From a virus, in IMG/VR virus record IMGVR_UViG_3300034063_001075, positions 12,034-76,033 of that record: 64,000 bases of DNA, one strand, 5' to 3'. Shown one piece after another: positions 30,705-41,080 of this stretch. Within the stretch, counting starts at the first letter, position 1. The number at the start of each line of letters is the position of its first letter. A program made the translations under genes and the position numbers. The notes below the pieces were generated by a model. The model had not been told where the DNA came from, ran no database searches, and saw only the letters and a list, made by a program, of their open reading frames with translations.

Positions 30705-31003
30705 GTATACGAACCACAACTACTACGACCAATCTGAAAAAGTACACCATCGTCATCAACAAGGATGTGCCCCTCGTCCCGAAATCAACACTGTCTTCGA
30801 GAACGATGCACCCATTGTCGTTTCTCTTAAAGAAGCTCGAAGTAGGTGAAAGTTTTCAATGGCCCGTGGAAGCTGGTGGCGACTTCAACAAGCTGAGGTC
30901 CGTAGCAGCTTACTGGGGTAAGAAATGGGGCCGCTCGTTTACGGGGCGACAAGTTACAGCCACCAAAGGACGTAAAGGTCTTAGATTTTGGAGGACAGCA
31001 TGA
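30701..31003 (+). CDS. Small basic putative DNA-binding protein
   Basis: LEVGESF...GLRFWRT motif. Confidence 0.55.
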   Translation: MSIRTTTTTTNLKKYTIVINKDVPLVPKSTLSSRTMHPLSFLLKKLEVGESFQWPVEAGGDFNKLRSVAAYWGKKWGRSFTGRQVTATKGRKGLRFWRTA

Positions 31004-31120
31004 GCGCGGGTTGGCTCCTCTTAGGGATAGCCATAGGGATACCCTTGGGTGGGTTGGCTACGTATGGAGCTATCTTTGCGTGGGCTGTTCGCTGCGCCAA
31101 AGCGGAAGGAGAAAACAACG

Positions 31121-31315
31121 ATGCCGAGTGATCCTGATCAAGACCGGGACGAAGCGCAGGGGATGGACGCCGAAGAGGCCCATTACTGGAAGCGCCGAAT
31201 GGACCCAATGGAAGAGTATTGCGAATACTGCGAAGGGTTCTACGGCGAGTGCGAGTGTGAAGAAAAAAGAGAAGCGGAGCGCAAGGCGGAAGAGGAGGAA
31301 GACGAGGATGAATGA
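31121..31315 (+). CDS. Small acidic Cys-containing protein
   Basis: CEYCEGFYGECEC; coupled to the next gene. Confidence 0.45.
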   Translation: MPSDPDQDRDEAQGMDAEEAHYWKRRMDPMEEYCEYCEGFYGECECEEKREAERKAEEEEDEDE

Positions 31316-31676
31316 ACAAGTAATGGAAATCCTCCGCGTACTAGCGGAGAAGTTCGGGACCACCACGGAGTTCTTGTGGGGGGTCTTGATCCGGCAGGCT
31401 TACGTCCACGGGGTCACGGCAATCGTTTGCTTCCTCATCACTTCAGTCTTAATCTTCGGATGGAACTGGGTCTGGTGGCGAGCGGAAGTCGGAGAAGAAG
31501 TCAGCCACCGCGACAAAGGCGATCGAATGTTCGCTATATTCATGTGCCGACTCGGTGGTCTAGGTCTGGTGTTCATCTGGACCTGCTTTTTCCTGAGCGG
31601 AATGTTCGAGGTCACGACCGCGCTCCTCAATCCGGAATATTGGGCGCTTAAACAAGTCTTGGGAGGGTTGAAATGA
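31308..31676 (+). CDS. Two-TM membrane protein
   Basis: LAEKFGTTTEFLWGVLIRQA...LLNPEYWALKQ; true start is probably MNEQ. Confidence 0.6.
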   Translation: MNEQVMEILRVLAEKFGTTTEFLWGVLIRQAYVHGVTAIVCFLITSVLIFGWNWVWWRAEVGEEVSHRDKGDRMFAIFMCRLGGLGLVFIWTCFFLSGMFEVTTALLNPEYWALKQVLGGLK

Positions 31677-31858
31677 GTGAAACCCCCAGAACAGACGAAG
31701 CCGTCGAACGCTGGAGGCAGGGAAAAATAAACCTCTGGGAAGAGACGGCTCGGCTGGAGCGGGAGCTACGGTTAGCCCAAAAGGAGATTAAAGAACTTCG
31801 GGAGGAACGGGACCTGTTCCGAAAGATGTTCGAGAAGAGCGGAGCTTGGCATCCATGA
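31673..31858 (+). CDS. Coiled-coil hypothetical protein
   Basis: MSETPRTD...ARLERELR. Confidence 0.55.
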   Translation: MSETPRTDEAVERWRQGKINLWEETARLERELRLAQKEIKELREERDLFRKMFEKSGAWHP

Positions 31859-32145
31859 TGCTAGAATTTCAACGTCCGTTCTGTGTAAAAACACCTATCG
31901 GGTATGGGTGGGTTATCTACGTTTGCAAAGAAAGCCATCTGGCAAACGACATCTGGACGGTGGCAATGGAACAAGGGGGTAGCGTCGCCCACTTCCGGTC
32001 GGACCAGATCAAGGCGCTACCTAACGGAACGTTAGACATTGTCGAAAATGCAGAGGTGGCTCCCCGAAAGGAACCACCTCGCGTCCGGTTGCCGAAGCGC
32101 CCGGAGGGGCGTCTAGCTAGAAAAGCAAAGCATGAAGACGAGTAA
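31855..32145 (+). CDS. Hypothetical protein
   Basis: VKTPIGYG...NDIWTVAM motif; coupled. Confidence 0.5.
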   Translation: MMLEFQRPFCVKTPIGYGWVIYVCKESHLANDIWTVAMEQGGSVAHFRSDQIKALPNGTLDIVENAEVAPRKEPPRVRLPKRPEGRLARKAKHEDE

Positions 32146-32665
32146 TAAGCCGTTTGAACCTAGAGCAACGGGAAACTCGGGGCGGAGTCACGACACCGCC
32201 TTGAGTTCTCCGCTGTTGGACAATACAGCCGATTCCGCCATAGGGACCGTAAACAATCCCCAAGTGGTTGATAATATACATTGTAAAGCACCTCCTTTCA
32301 ATTTTGTGTTCCTCAATCGGTATTGTAGCATCTTTCGAACCACCCCTAAAACATTTTATCTGGGGATTCTATTATTTCTAATCTACTGGTTCATCGGGTT
32401 TTTCCTTCTGGGATGCGCTAGCATGGTCCCCGAAAGACCGATGGCGAAGCCGTGGAATTTTCCCCCGCTGAGGGAATGGAACGCGCCCTTTGAATTCGCG
32501 TGGCAAAATGGTGTCGATAACTGGCGAAAACTGACAGTTAAGAGAACGAAAACGATCGAAGGTATGGTCTACGAGTACGACGAAGTGACACAGCTATACT
32601 TTCCAGACCTCATTCGATACGCCGAGGAGCCGCAGTGTGGGAGCACGATGGTTGACTCGTTGTGA
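32132..32665 (+). CDS. Hypothetical membrane/lipoprotein-like protein
   Basis: Hydrophobic stretch ending LLGC; start uncertain. Confidence 0.35.
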   Translation: MKTSNKPFEPRATGNSGRSHDTALSSPLLDNTADSAIGTVNNPQVVDNIHCKAPPFNFVFLNRYCSIFRTTPKTFYLGILLFLIYWFIGFFLLGCASMVPERPMAKPWNFPPLREWNAPFEFAWQNGVDNWRKLTVKRTKTIEGMVYEYDEVTQLYFPDLIRYAEEPQCGSTMVDSL

Positions 32666-32968
32666 GTTGGGTATATGATACCAACGTATGAGCTTCGAAC
32701 CCCAAGGACCGATGGACCCAGAAGAGTTCATTCTGGCCTTACTTTTAGGGCTGCTCGCCCTCTCAGTAATGATGAGCTACATGGTCAAGAACCTGATTTG
32801 GTAACCTGCGGAATTTATCACTTTAGAAGCACGGATTAGACTACGCTTTAACAACTACTCTTTTTCTACTCAATGATGGGGGTGCATGGCAGCGGCCTCT
32901 AAAGCCGAAGGAGCCAGCTTTACTGGGGATTACCCGGACCCCATCCCCTCTAGCCACCGTATCGTTAA

Positions 32969-33370
32969 ATGAGACCTTCATGGGCTGAATTTGCAATGAG
33001 CGCGGCTGAAGTAGCCTCCTCTCGGTCGGAAGACCCGTGGGTCAAAGTCGGGGCCTGTGTCCTCCGAAAGGACCACAGCATAGCCGGGGTTGGGTACAAC
33101 GGAGCGCCCTCTGGAGTCGAAATCGACTGGTCCGACCGGGAGAAACGAAGGCTCTATGTGATCCACGCGGAGGCCAATGCACTGAGGTATTTGAGGCCTG
33201 ACGAGGGGGATATCATAGCCGTCACCCTAGCCCCATGTCCGAACTGCCTTACGCTAATTGCTTCCTACCGCATTCCGACAGTGTTCTACAGAGATACATC
33301 GGAAACATACCCGATCGGGATAACGGAAAATGTTGCATCAGAGTTAGGCGTCGTGCTGCACCAGATTTAG
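32969..33370 (+). CDS. dCMP deaminase
   Basis: RSEDPWVKVGA, GYNG, HAEANA, PCPNC. Confidence 0.9.
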   Translation: MRPSWAEFAMSAAEVASSRSEDPWVKVGACVLRKDHSIAGVGYNGAPSGVEIDWSDREKRRLYVIHAEANALRYLRPDEGDIIAVTLAPCPNCLTLIASYRIPTVFYRDTSETYPIGITENVASELGVVLHQI

Positions 33371-33478
33371 TTCCCGTTCGGGTATATGTCGGAGGTAGCC
33401 GACATCCTGTAAAAGTCGGAGAACGGCGACTCCCGCCCCATCAAGTGCGAAAGCGTTATCGAAAGTAAGGGGGAAGAG

Positions 33479-33809
33479 CCCCACTTTCCCACTGCCTCCC
33501 CACTGCATATTCGAAGGCCTACAGAGTAAAAGTGGGAGTGGGGTAAGGGGGGTGGGAAAATAATCCCGGCAAAAATCTAAGAGGCGTTGGGGGCCTTCCC
33601 TTATATTATAATTTTTAGTCCATAAATGTTACTTTTCTTCATTTATCTCCACTTCTGGCTACCCATCCGTCCCGTGCAAGACTCCGATTTACTCTGTTGA
33701 ATGAGGGTCTTTCGGGGCGGGGGCTGGGCCTTTTTGGGAGTGGGGGTAAGTGGGGGTCCCCTCTGTAGCGTTGTCCCACTTCAACCCCACTTTTTAGGCC
33801 TACCCCACT
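33479..33809. repeat. Iteron-like CCCACT/AGTGGG repeats around an AT-rich core (candidate origin or packaging site)
   Basis: Ten copies in both orientations within ~330 bp; AT-rich 33600-33645; non-coding. Confidence 0.55.
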
Positions 33810-33983
33810 TCCAGACCAAAAATTTTTTCTATCCCCCTAATTAAAGTAAAGACATTGCCGATTTCCCCCCTCCGGTCCTACCCGCGTGGTGGATGCTAGC
33901 TCCGTCTCTGCTTCTCTGTCGAGAGCTAAAGGGGGACGGTCGGGGGACAGATGACGGGACCAACAGACAGGGGCCAGAGCGCC

Positions 33984-34772
33984 TCAGACAGGGGGCGGAG
34001 CAGGCAGGGCGAGGAGCGGCTCCCCGCTCTCTGTTGGCGACCCGCTCTCACATTCTTGCGGCCTTCTCTGTAGCGGCCTGCTTTGGACGTCAATCTGCTC
34101 CTCTGCTAGCTGAGACAGGAAGCCGATGTTCACTATGGTCTTCGACTCCTTGTCTCCTTGGTCTAGGCCCAAGGTCTGTCTGGCTACAGAGTTGAGGGAA
34201 GAGATATCTTTGGCCTTGGACAGAAGCTGAGGGCCGTTCATCTTCGCTACTGAGTCCGCAAAGACTAGGGAGGCCCTTGCCATCTTCTCTCTGTAGCTCT
34301 TACCCTGCTCGACTAGCTTAGAGACGGCGGCATTGGTCGCCGATTCGAATCTCGCCTGTGCCGCCTCATGGAGGGCGTCTATCTCCCTAGCCCACCCCTC
34401 CCTGCTGAACCTAGCTGTGAGGGTCTGCACCCCGCACCCCATGTCCGCCGCTATGTCTGCATAGGTGTCGCCACGGGCACGGCGAATCCTAGCCAACATC
34501 CAATCGATTGAATCAGTAAAGGTATCGGTCCCCGACTTCATTCGCTTCTTCGTCGCATAGCTCCTCTTCTTCTTCTTAGCCGGAGGCGATTCAGGATCAG
34601 GGGACTCAGGAGAATCAGGCGTGCTAGCACTGCTAGCAACTTCAGACCCGGCAGCCTCCGGGTCAATCGCCGGGTCAATCGCCGGGTCTTCCGGGGGAAG
34701 CGCTGGGTCACTGTTGTGGAGCGCTAGCACAGTATCGAGAAACTCTTCTGACGGTTGGTCGTTCTGTTCCAT
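33984..34772 (-). CDS. Putative terminase small subunit (HTH)
   Basis: TYADIAADMGCGVQTLTARFSREGW helix-turn-helix, coiled coil, ARQTLGLD...IVNIG; start at MEQND. Confidence 0.6.
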   Translation of the reverse strand: MEQNDQPSEEFLDTVLALHNSDPALPPEDPAIDPAIDPEAAGSEVASSASTPDSPESPDPESPPAKKKKRSYATKKRMKSGTDTFTDSIDWMLARIRRARGDTYADIAADMGCGVQTLTARFSREGWAREIDALHEAAQARFESATNAAVSKLVEQGKSYREKMARASLVFADSVAKMNGPQLLSKAKDISSLNSVARQTLGLDQGDKESKTIVNIGFLSQLAEEQIDVQSRPLQRRPQECESGSPTESGEPLLALPAPPPV

Positions 34773-34819
34773 TCGATCAAAGGACGCTAGCAGCAAATCA
34801 CTGATTTGCAAGAGGTTTG

Positions 34820-34847
34820 TGATACCTGCTAGCAGGTTGGGGATAAG
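34820..34847 (+). promoter_or_regulatory. Early bipartite element, copy 1 (box variant TGGGGATAAG)
   Basis: TGATAC-N12-box; ATG 7 nt downstream. Confidence 0.65.
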
Positions 34848-34854
34848 TCGCTGT

Positions 34855-35943
34855 ATGGAAAACATCAACACCACAATCAACCTCACAGCAACTGAACTCA
34901 GCGCTCTCTCTGTTAAAGAGCTTCGCAAGCTCGCCAACGAACAGAGCCTCGGGTCCGGAGGCTGGAGGGCCACCGCAACCAAGGACGCTCTCGTCACCGC
35001 GCTCTCGACCGGACAGGTTCCCGCTTCGCCGACGAACTCGGCTGCTAGCGCGGCAACTCTCGCCGATGCCATCGAACGTGTGATTTCCTCGGTCACACCT
35101 TCGCTCGACGAAGACCGTGTCCGCGAACTGATCGCGGAGATCGTCCCCACAATCGACTCCAACCGCCCCCGAGAGATTGAGGTCATCCGCCTCGACACCT
35201 CCAAGGTCAACGTGGGTCGCCAGCACTACCTGTTCGCACAGCTTCTTCAGTGGGCTGCTCTCCGGATTCCGGTCATGCTCGTCGGCCCCGCTGGCTCTGG
35301 CAAATCGACCGCCGCTGAATTTATCGCCAAAGCGCTCACTCTGGAATTCTACCCGATGAGCGTGACGAACCAGACGAGCAAGTCCGATCTGATTGGCTAC
35401 AAAGACGCGACCGGAAACTACCATCCTAGCATCTTCCGCCGCGCCTTCGAATTCGGTGGGGTCTTCAACCTCGACGAGGTGGACAAGGGTAACGCGAACG
35501 TCCTCGCCGTGCTGAACTCGGCCTCGGCGAACGGTTACTGCTCGTTCCCCGACCGTGTCGTGCAAGCGCACCCCGACTTCGTCTTCATCGCCGCTGGCAA
35601 CACCTACGGCCTCGGGCGGAACGCTCAGTTCGTCGGCTCCAATCAACTCGACGCCGCTACGCTCAACCGTTTCGCCACTCTGTCGTGGGGTTACGACGAG
35701 TCGCTGGAGAGCGAAATCACCGCGCCGTTCGGTCAGACCGATTGGGTTCGGTTCGTCCAGAAGGTCCGCTCTGTCGTGGATTCGCTGGGCATCCGCCACA
35801 TCGTCTCGCCCCGCGCTAGCATCCAAGGTTCACAGGCCCTCGCTGCGGGAATCGACCGCCATGACGTCGAGTCCGCCGTGCTCTGGAAAGGCCTCGACTC
35901 CGCTTCAGTGGAGAAGGTCCGCCAGAACCTCATCGCCGCCTAA
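34855..35943 (+). CDS. MoxR/CbbQ-like AAA+ ATPase #1 with N-terminal HeH/Rho-N-like module
   Basis: GPAGSGKS, FNLDEVD, AAGNT, LDAATLNRF, VSPRAS. Confidence 0.85.
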   Translation: MENINTTINLTATELSALSVKELRKLANEQSLGSGGWRATATKDALVTALSTGQVPASPTNSAASAATLADAIERVISSVTPSLDEDRVRELIAEIVPTIDSNRPREIEVIRLDTSKVNVGRQHYLFAQLLQWAALRIPVMLVGPAGSGKSTAAEFIAKALTLEFYPMSVTNQTSKSDLIGYKDATGNYHPSIFRRAFEFGGVFNLDEVDKGNANVLAVLNSASANGYCSFPDRVVQAHPDFVFIAAGNTYGLGRNAQFVGSNQLDAATLNRFATLSWGYDESLESEITAPFGQTDWVRFVQKVRSVVDSLGIRHIVSPRASIQGSQALAAGIDRHDVESAVLWKGLDSASVEKVRQNLIAA

Positions 35944-35992
35944 CCGGATTGGCACAGGGTCCGACCCCCTGTGCTAGCACCTCAACCAACTC

Positions 35993-36020
35993 TGAAACTC
36001 TGAAAACCTCTGTGGATAAG
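35993..36020 (+). promoter_or_regulatory. Early bipartite element, copy 2
   Basis: TGAAAC-N12-TGTGGATAAG; ATG 6 nt downstream. Confidence 0.7.
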
Positions 36021-36026
36021 AACCCG

Positions 36027-36917
36027 ATGAAAACCAGCACCACCTTCGAAACCGATCACACGCTCGTCCGATTCCCTTCGTTCGCCGACTACGTGGCCGC
36101 ATCTGAGGCCCCGAACCCGAGTTCCGAAATCGGCAACCATTTCGGCAAGGGCAACGAGTGGGCGGGATACGCGACCCTCACCCAAGCCCGAGACCTCATG
36201 TCCTCCGGTTGGGAAGAAGGCGCGGCCCGAGTCCGCTCAATCTCCGACCGTGTCAAGCAAGCCATCCCCGATGCCGTGCTCAGCGCCTTCCGCCCCGAAC
36301 AGGTTTGGGACGTCACAGGCGAGCAACTCGACGTGGGTCGCTTTCTCGACGGCGAGCCCGAGTGCTTCATGGACGAGGTGGTCCCCGATCGTTCCGAGCA
36401 AATCGACGGCAACGGCATTGTCCGCATCACGATCAACCTGTGGGCCTCTGCTGGAATCTCGCCCGACGAACTCCGGACGCGAGGCGTCTTCGTCGCAGCA
36501 CTGGCGGACGTGCTGGAATCGATCGGCTACCGCGCTCAGATCGACGGCTACGTTGCTAGCGCCACCCATCACGACGTCAAAGGCAAGATGCTCAAGCGTC
36601 CGCTCGTCATCGCGTTCCCGATCAAACGCCCCGACGAGGCTCTGGAAATCGACCGCCTGTCGTTCGTGCTAGCTCACGCCGCCTCGCTTCGCCAGATCGG
36701 TTTCCATGTCATGGACGTTGTCGGGTCTCGCGCCAAATACTACGGCTCGCCCTGCACCTTGCCCAAAGTTTACGAGGGCCACGTTCCGGTCAACGCCCTG
36801 CACTTCCGTGACCTCACCGACAAGGATACGGCCAAGCAAATCCTCGACCAACTCAAACAGCTTGGGGTGGACCTCGACACCGACGACCTCTTCGAATCCA
36901 ACGACGAGTGCTTCTGA
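36027..36917 (+). CDS. Degenerate VWA-like partner of AAA+ #1
   Basis: G..LDVGRFLDGEPECF, VRITINLWASAG (MIDAS-like position), ALADVLESIGYR; follows a MoxR gene. Confidence 0.6.
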   Translation: MKTSTTFETDHTLVRFPSFADYVAASEAPNPSSEIGNHFGKGNEWAGYATLTQARDLMSSGWEEGAARVRSISDRVKQAIPDAVLSAFRPEQVWDVTGEQLDVGRFLDGEPECFMDEVVPDRSEQIDGNGIVRITINLWASAGISPDELRTRGVFVAALADVLESIGYRAQIDGYVASATHHDVKGKMLKRPLVIAFPIKRPDEALEIDRLSFVLAHAASLRQIGFHVMDVVGSRAKYYGSPCTLPKVYEGHVPVNALHFRDLTDKDTAKQILDQLKQLGVDLDTDDLFESNDECF

Positions 36918-36954
36918 GGAATCCGGTGCGGGGTCCGATCCCCCGCGCCCCCGC

Positions 36955-36982
36955 TGATACACGCGCAACCCCTGTGGATAAG
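36955..36982 (+). promoter_or_regulatory. Early bipartite element, copy 3
   Basis: TGATAC-N12-TGTGGATAAG; ATG 9 nt downstream starts a 30-aa hydrophobic ORF (36992-37084). Confidence 0.7.
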
Positions 36983-37088
36983 ACTGAGACCATGAACATA
37001 TTCATCCCCATGCTTTTCTTCGTGATCATTCCCGCCGCTGGAGCGATCGCCATTCTCATCGCCGACCATTACCGCAACGACTAACAAC

Positions 37089-37346
37089 ATGACCGCCGAA
37101 CCCACACTTCAAATCCGTCACGACCACCCCTCGCTTCGCCCGACCTTGGAAGAGGCTCAGCAATATGTCGGGGGGCTCGTCGAAATAGCTCCGGTCTACA
37201 ACTCCGAATACCGTGACGCACAGCTTCTGGTCAACGAGGAGGGCCTCGTCCACGACCTACCACCCAACGTCCTCGCTAGCATCTTCGCAGGTTACGAGAT
37301 TCGCGGCAACGCCATGATCCTCTTGGGCGCGGCCAGATGGGATTGA
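37089..37346 (+). CDS. DUF3846-like protein
   Basis: PTLEEAQQYVGGLVEI...VNEEGL...N..AS...IRGN. Confidence 0.7.
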   Translation: MTAEPTLQIRHDHPSLRPTLEEAQQYVGGLVEIAPVYNSEYRDAQLLVNEEGLVHDLPPNVLASIFAGYEIRGNAMILLGAARWD

Positions 37347-37392
37347 CCATGAACTCTTTCACCCGCTTCGAATCTCTGACCAGCACTGTGCG

Positions 37393-37420
37393 TGATATCT
37401 TCGAAACCCCTGTGGATAAG
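37393..37420 (+). promoter_or_regulatory. Early bipartite element, copy 4
   Basis: TGATAT-N12-TGTGGATAAG-ACTACG-ATG. Confidence 0.7.
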
Positions 37421-37426
37421 ACTACG

Positions 37427-37726
37427 ATGAAAAACCAATTCAGCCGCAAACATTACGAGGCGATCGCCTCCGCTCTCGCCAACCGCATCGCCCTTGAGGG
37501 CGCTCAGTCACCCGCCGCTGGCGGCATTCGCCTCGCCGCTCTCGACCTGTCCTACGTCTTCGCCGCCGATAATCCGCGCTTTGACCGTGGCCGATTCCTG
37601 TCCTCCGCTGGCGCAATCGACACGACCTTCCGACCGTTTCGCCGCCCCGAGCCCGACAACGGCCAGCGCACCCCCCGCTTCAGTGCGCTTCAGCCTTCCG
37701 GATCGCCCTTCGCTCGTTCTTATTGA
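37427..37726 (+). CDS. Conserved phage early protein
   Basis: SRKHYEAIA...FAADNPRFDRGRFL motif. Confidence 0.65.
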   Translation: MKNQFSRKHYEAIASALANRIALEGAQSPAAGGIRLAALDLSYVFAADNPRFDRGRFLSSAGAIDTTFRPFRRPEPDNGQRTPRFSALQPSGSPFARSY

Positions 37727-37771
37727 CCGACTGCCATCAACCCGCATATACCAATCATCACCTTGCCATCT

Positions 37772-39769
37772 ATGAATCTCGATCTTCTCCAGTCCGTGCT
37801 TGAGGCGTTCGTTTTCCTCACCGTGCTCATCGCTACTGCGATTGCGCTATGGCCCGAACCCGCCGTCGAACCCGAACCCGAGCATGATAGTCCGTTCGAC
37901 GACTTCGATACTCAGCCTCAGTGCGAGGAGTTTTACGCCGACTAGTAAGCAACCTTCCATACACCAACACCAACCAACACACCAACAACCATGCCCGAAA
38001 CCATCGAACCCAACGCCGTCCTTCCTACGATTGACGGACCACTCAAGCTGAGCCAGCAACACGTGGCGTTCCTCGCCGTGCTAGCTGCTCTCAGCGGCGA
38101 CCCGAGCGAGGCTTTGCAATTTGCACAGACCGAGCCCGACTACTTCATTTCACAGTCCAACGACTGGGCGGCGGAACAGGAGGTGTCGCTTTGAGAAACG
38201 GACCCTTCACTCTTGACGAGGTCTTCGACCGGATCGCCGAAATCCTCGACCTCCCCGAGGAAACGAACGACCTCTTCAATGCGTTTCTAGACGAGGCTCC
38301 CTGCGGCGAGGAAGAGGACGAGAGTCCACTTCTTGATATCCTCCCGAACGCAGAGCAAGTCGAGGACGGCTTCGTCTATCGCGTCTCAGTCAATGAATCG
38401 GAAAGCGGCAACACGCTAGCAAGCGCCGTCTTCCAAACAGAGGAGCAGGGCCAGCAAGCCATCGACCTTCTCCTTCTTCTCCAAGAACTCAACGAACACG
38501 GACTGCACTAAACTTATGATACCACTGCACAACACAGTAATGGGCCAGCGATTGATTGAGGGCACGTTGCCCGACATCGCTCGCGAACTGAAAGCGCTCA
38601 ACGTGAACATGAATCGGATTGCAGAAGCGTTCGAAAAGAAAGAGGTCTTTTCTTCTTCGTCCTCTTCTAGCTCTTCGGTGACTACCGTGGCGACCTGTCC
38701 GCCACCTCCGGTTTGTCCGGTTCCGGAAGGGACCTGTCCGGTCTGCGTAGTTGAAGCGCTTGTCGAACACTTCGAAAGCATACATGGCGAGGGCGCTTGC
38801 GATTGTCGCCCCGAACCCGAGAACGAGGGATACACCTGCCCGATCTGTATCGCTCGCCTGTTTATTGACGAGAACGATGGGAGGGAACACTGATGGAACC
38901 CAAAGAAGTCACAGAGCTAGAACGTGCGCGTCAGATGAATCACCGCCACATCAACCTCACGTTCCGCACCGAGATTACCACCGACGACATACCGGACGCC
39001 GCGCTGTTGGGATACCTCAAGAAGCGTTCGCTGTCCGAACTGTCGCAACGCCGCACCGAGATCATCGACGACGAAGGGAGGGGACAATGATGCTAGCAGA
39101 CTTTGACCCCAAACCTTTCGTGGGGTGGGCGCGGAACATGGCATCCATCCTCAAGGACGGCGGCACGTGGGCTGTGCCTATGAACCAAACAGCGTATCGC
39201 TTCGACCACAAAGCCAAGCAACTTGTCTTGGTCTATGGTCCGGAGGACGAGTTGTTTGAAAAGACCCGCTCTGTCTTTTCCGAAATTGGCTACACCGTCA
39301 TCGCCGATCCCGACCGTCCTTTGGGCGGCGAGTGTCCTGCGACCATCTTCTCCATCTGACCACCATGCACCTCTCCGAGTTACCCGACCAGACCACCCCG
39401 CTTTGCCTCTTGTATCACAACGGCACGGTCAACATGGTCAATGACCGAGAGGACACGATGGAGATTTCTCCGGTCCAGACCCTAGCTGTGGCCCAACTTA
39501 TGGACCGCGATAACCTTTGGGAAAGTTTCCGAGCGAACGACAGCTTCATGCAGTTGTTCCGCTTTGTCTTTCCGGAGGAACATATCGCCCCCGAACGCAA
39601 AGCTAGCACCGGAGTGCGGCACGTGTCGGGCATGATAGTCCTGTTGGCCGCAGCTAGGCGGGATCGGCTCCGCGCTTTTCTCCGTTTCCCCGAATCCTAT
39701 TTACACCCCAAGGCACAGTTAGGACTGGCCGACATGATGATAAGCCTGTCGAAACCAAGCTGTTGCTGA
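37772..39769 (+). other. Run of seven small coupled hypothetical ORFs (37772-37945, 37991-38194, 38191-38511, 38516-38893, 38893-39090, 39087-39359, 39365-39769)
   Basis: Head-to-tail ORFs with overlapping stop/start; 38516-38893 has three CPxC motifs. Confidence 0.55.
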
Positions 39770-39793
39770 TTTCTAAAACTCCCTGTGGATAAG
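39767..39793 (+). promoter_or_regulatory. Early bipartite element, copy 5
   Basis: TGATTT-N11-TGTGGATAAG-ACTACG-ATG. Confidence 0.65.
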
Positions 39794-39799
39794 ACTACG

Positions 39800-40661
39800 A
39801 TGAACGCTGAATTTACACCCACCGCTTGCGATAAGGAGAGTTATTACATCACCGTGGGCGACTACGTTGCCCACAACCGGAAGCTTTATCGCGTTGTCCG
39901 CATATTCGAAGACCCGAGTATCGAACCTCCCGCTGGTAATACCTTTCTAGAACTTATCAGCATCAAAAACCTTTCTATCTTGGTCGTCCGTGACAACACC
40001 GTCGAAGTGCTGGAATGACATGAAGCGCCACTACCTTGTTCACACTCGCGGCCACTCCTATGCGTTCACCGCAGAAGAAGGCAAAGAGCTACAGCTTCCC
40101 CCTCGTTTGCGGAAGCGGGTCGCCGCTCACCTCAAAATTCACGATATGCTTTTGGATGAATCGGTAACGATTTTCCAAGGCAGCACCGGAATCGTTCTTC
40201 AACGAGTCCGCCCCGATTGGAGTCACGCTTATGAAAATTAAAATCAACACAACCGTTGACGTCGATCCGGTGAAGTGGGTTTTGAACCGCTACGGAACGA
40301 CCGTGAAGTCCGACCGCAATGTCCAGTGCCGGAAGCTAGCAGAGGAGATTCGTGAAGGCTGCTTGCGAGCCATCGATGAATATTTAGAGCAATACGACCC
40401 AAGCAAATGAAAACTCAACTCACCCAAGAAGAGGTATCCACCCTCCAAACGGAACACCAAGAAATGTTCGTCGCGTTGCTAGAAGCTGTGTCGGCTCTCG
40501 ACCGGATCGATGAGTTGCTGTTGGAACAAACCAACAGCCCCCGCGAATGCGCCCTTGGCGAAGTGAGTCGTGGCCTCGCTGTGATTTGCCGCGTAGCCGC
40601 TCGTCACCGCGACTCCGTTTACCGCCACACCATAAGTCGTTTGGAATCAAGGGGTTCGTGA
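39800..40661 (+). other. Four small coupled hypothetical ORFs (39800-40018, 40020-40241, 40231-40410, 40407-40661)
   Basis: Head-to-tail arrangement behind element copy 5. Confidence 0.5.
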
Positions 40662-40686
40662 TACTTTGATTTGCCCTGTGGATAAG
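40659..40686 (+). promoter_or_regulatory. Early bipartite element, copy 6
   Basis: TGATAC-N12-TGTGGATAAG-TAACTG, then a CA-rich leader. Confidence 0.7.
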
Positions 40687-40728
40687 TAACTGTCAGCACA
40701 CCAACCATCAACCAACACATCAACAACC

Positions 40729-41073
40729 ATGCCTAAAAAATCCGCCTCCGAAATCGCCGCTGAGAATCTTGAGAAAGACCTCACGTCGAAATACCCGACT
40801 CCGAAGATCGTTGCCGAGTTGATCGAAAAGGAATTCATCGCGGCCCCTTCGTTGTCCCGCATCGTGACGCAGTTGGCTTATTACGCCTTCCGCGACACGT
40901 CTGACAAGGAACGCACCGTGAAAGCGTTCAGTGACCTCATTCACTTCTGTGAAATGGCTGAGGATCAAGTCAAAGAGGGTCTCACAGCCATCGGCATTCT
41001 CAATGGCTTGGCCGAAGACTTGGTTGACACGGCAACAAAGCGGGAGGCCAACCCCTTTGCGGGGGTGAACTGA
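40729..41073 (+). CDS. Hypothetical protein
   Basis: 114 aa, CA-rich leader. Confidence 0.6.
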   Translation: MPKKSASEIAAENLEKDLTSKYPTPKIVAELIEKEFIAAPSLSRIVTQLAYYAFRDTSDKERTVKAFSDLIHFCEMAEDQVKEGLTAIGILNGLAEDLVDTATKREANPFAGVN

Positions 41074-41080
41074 TCCCGCT

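Noticed and set aside
34621-35210. Extended N-termini of ORFs 33984-35210(-) and 34621-35943(+)
   Set aside because: The extensions overlap each other; starts at 34772 and 34855 leave a clean divergent gap containing the promoter element
34798-35826. 342-aa minus-strand ORF
   Set aside because: Antisense shadow of AAA+ #1
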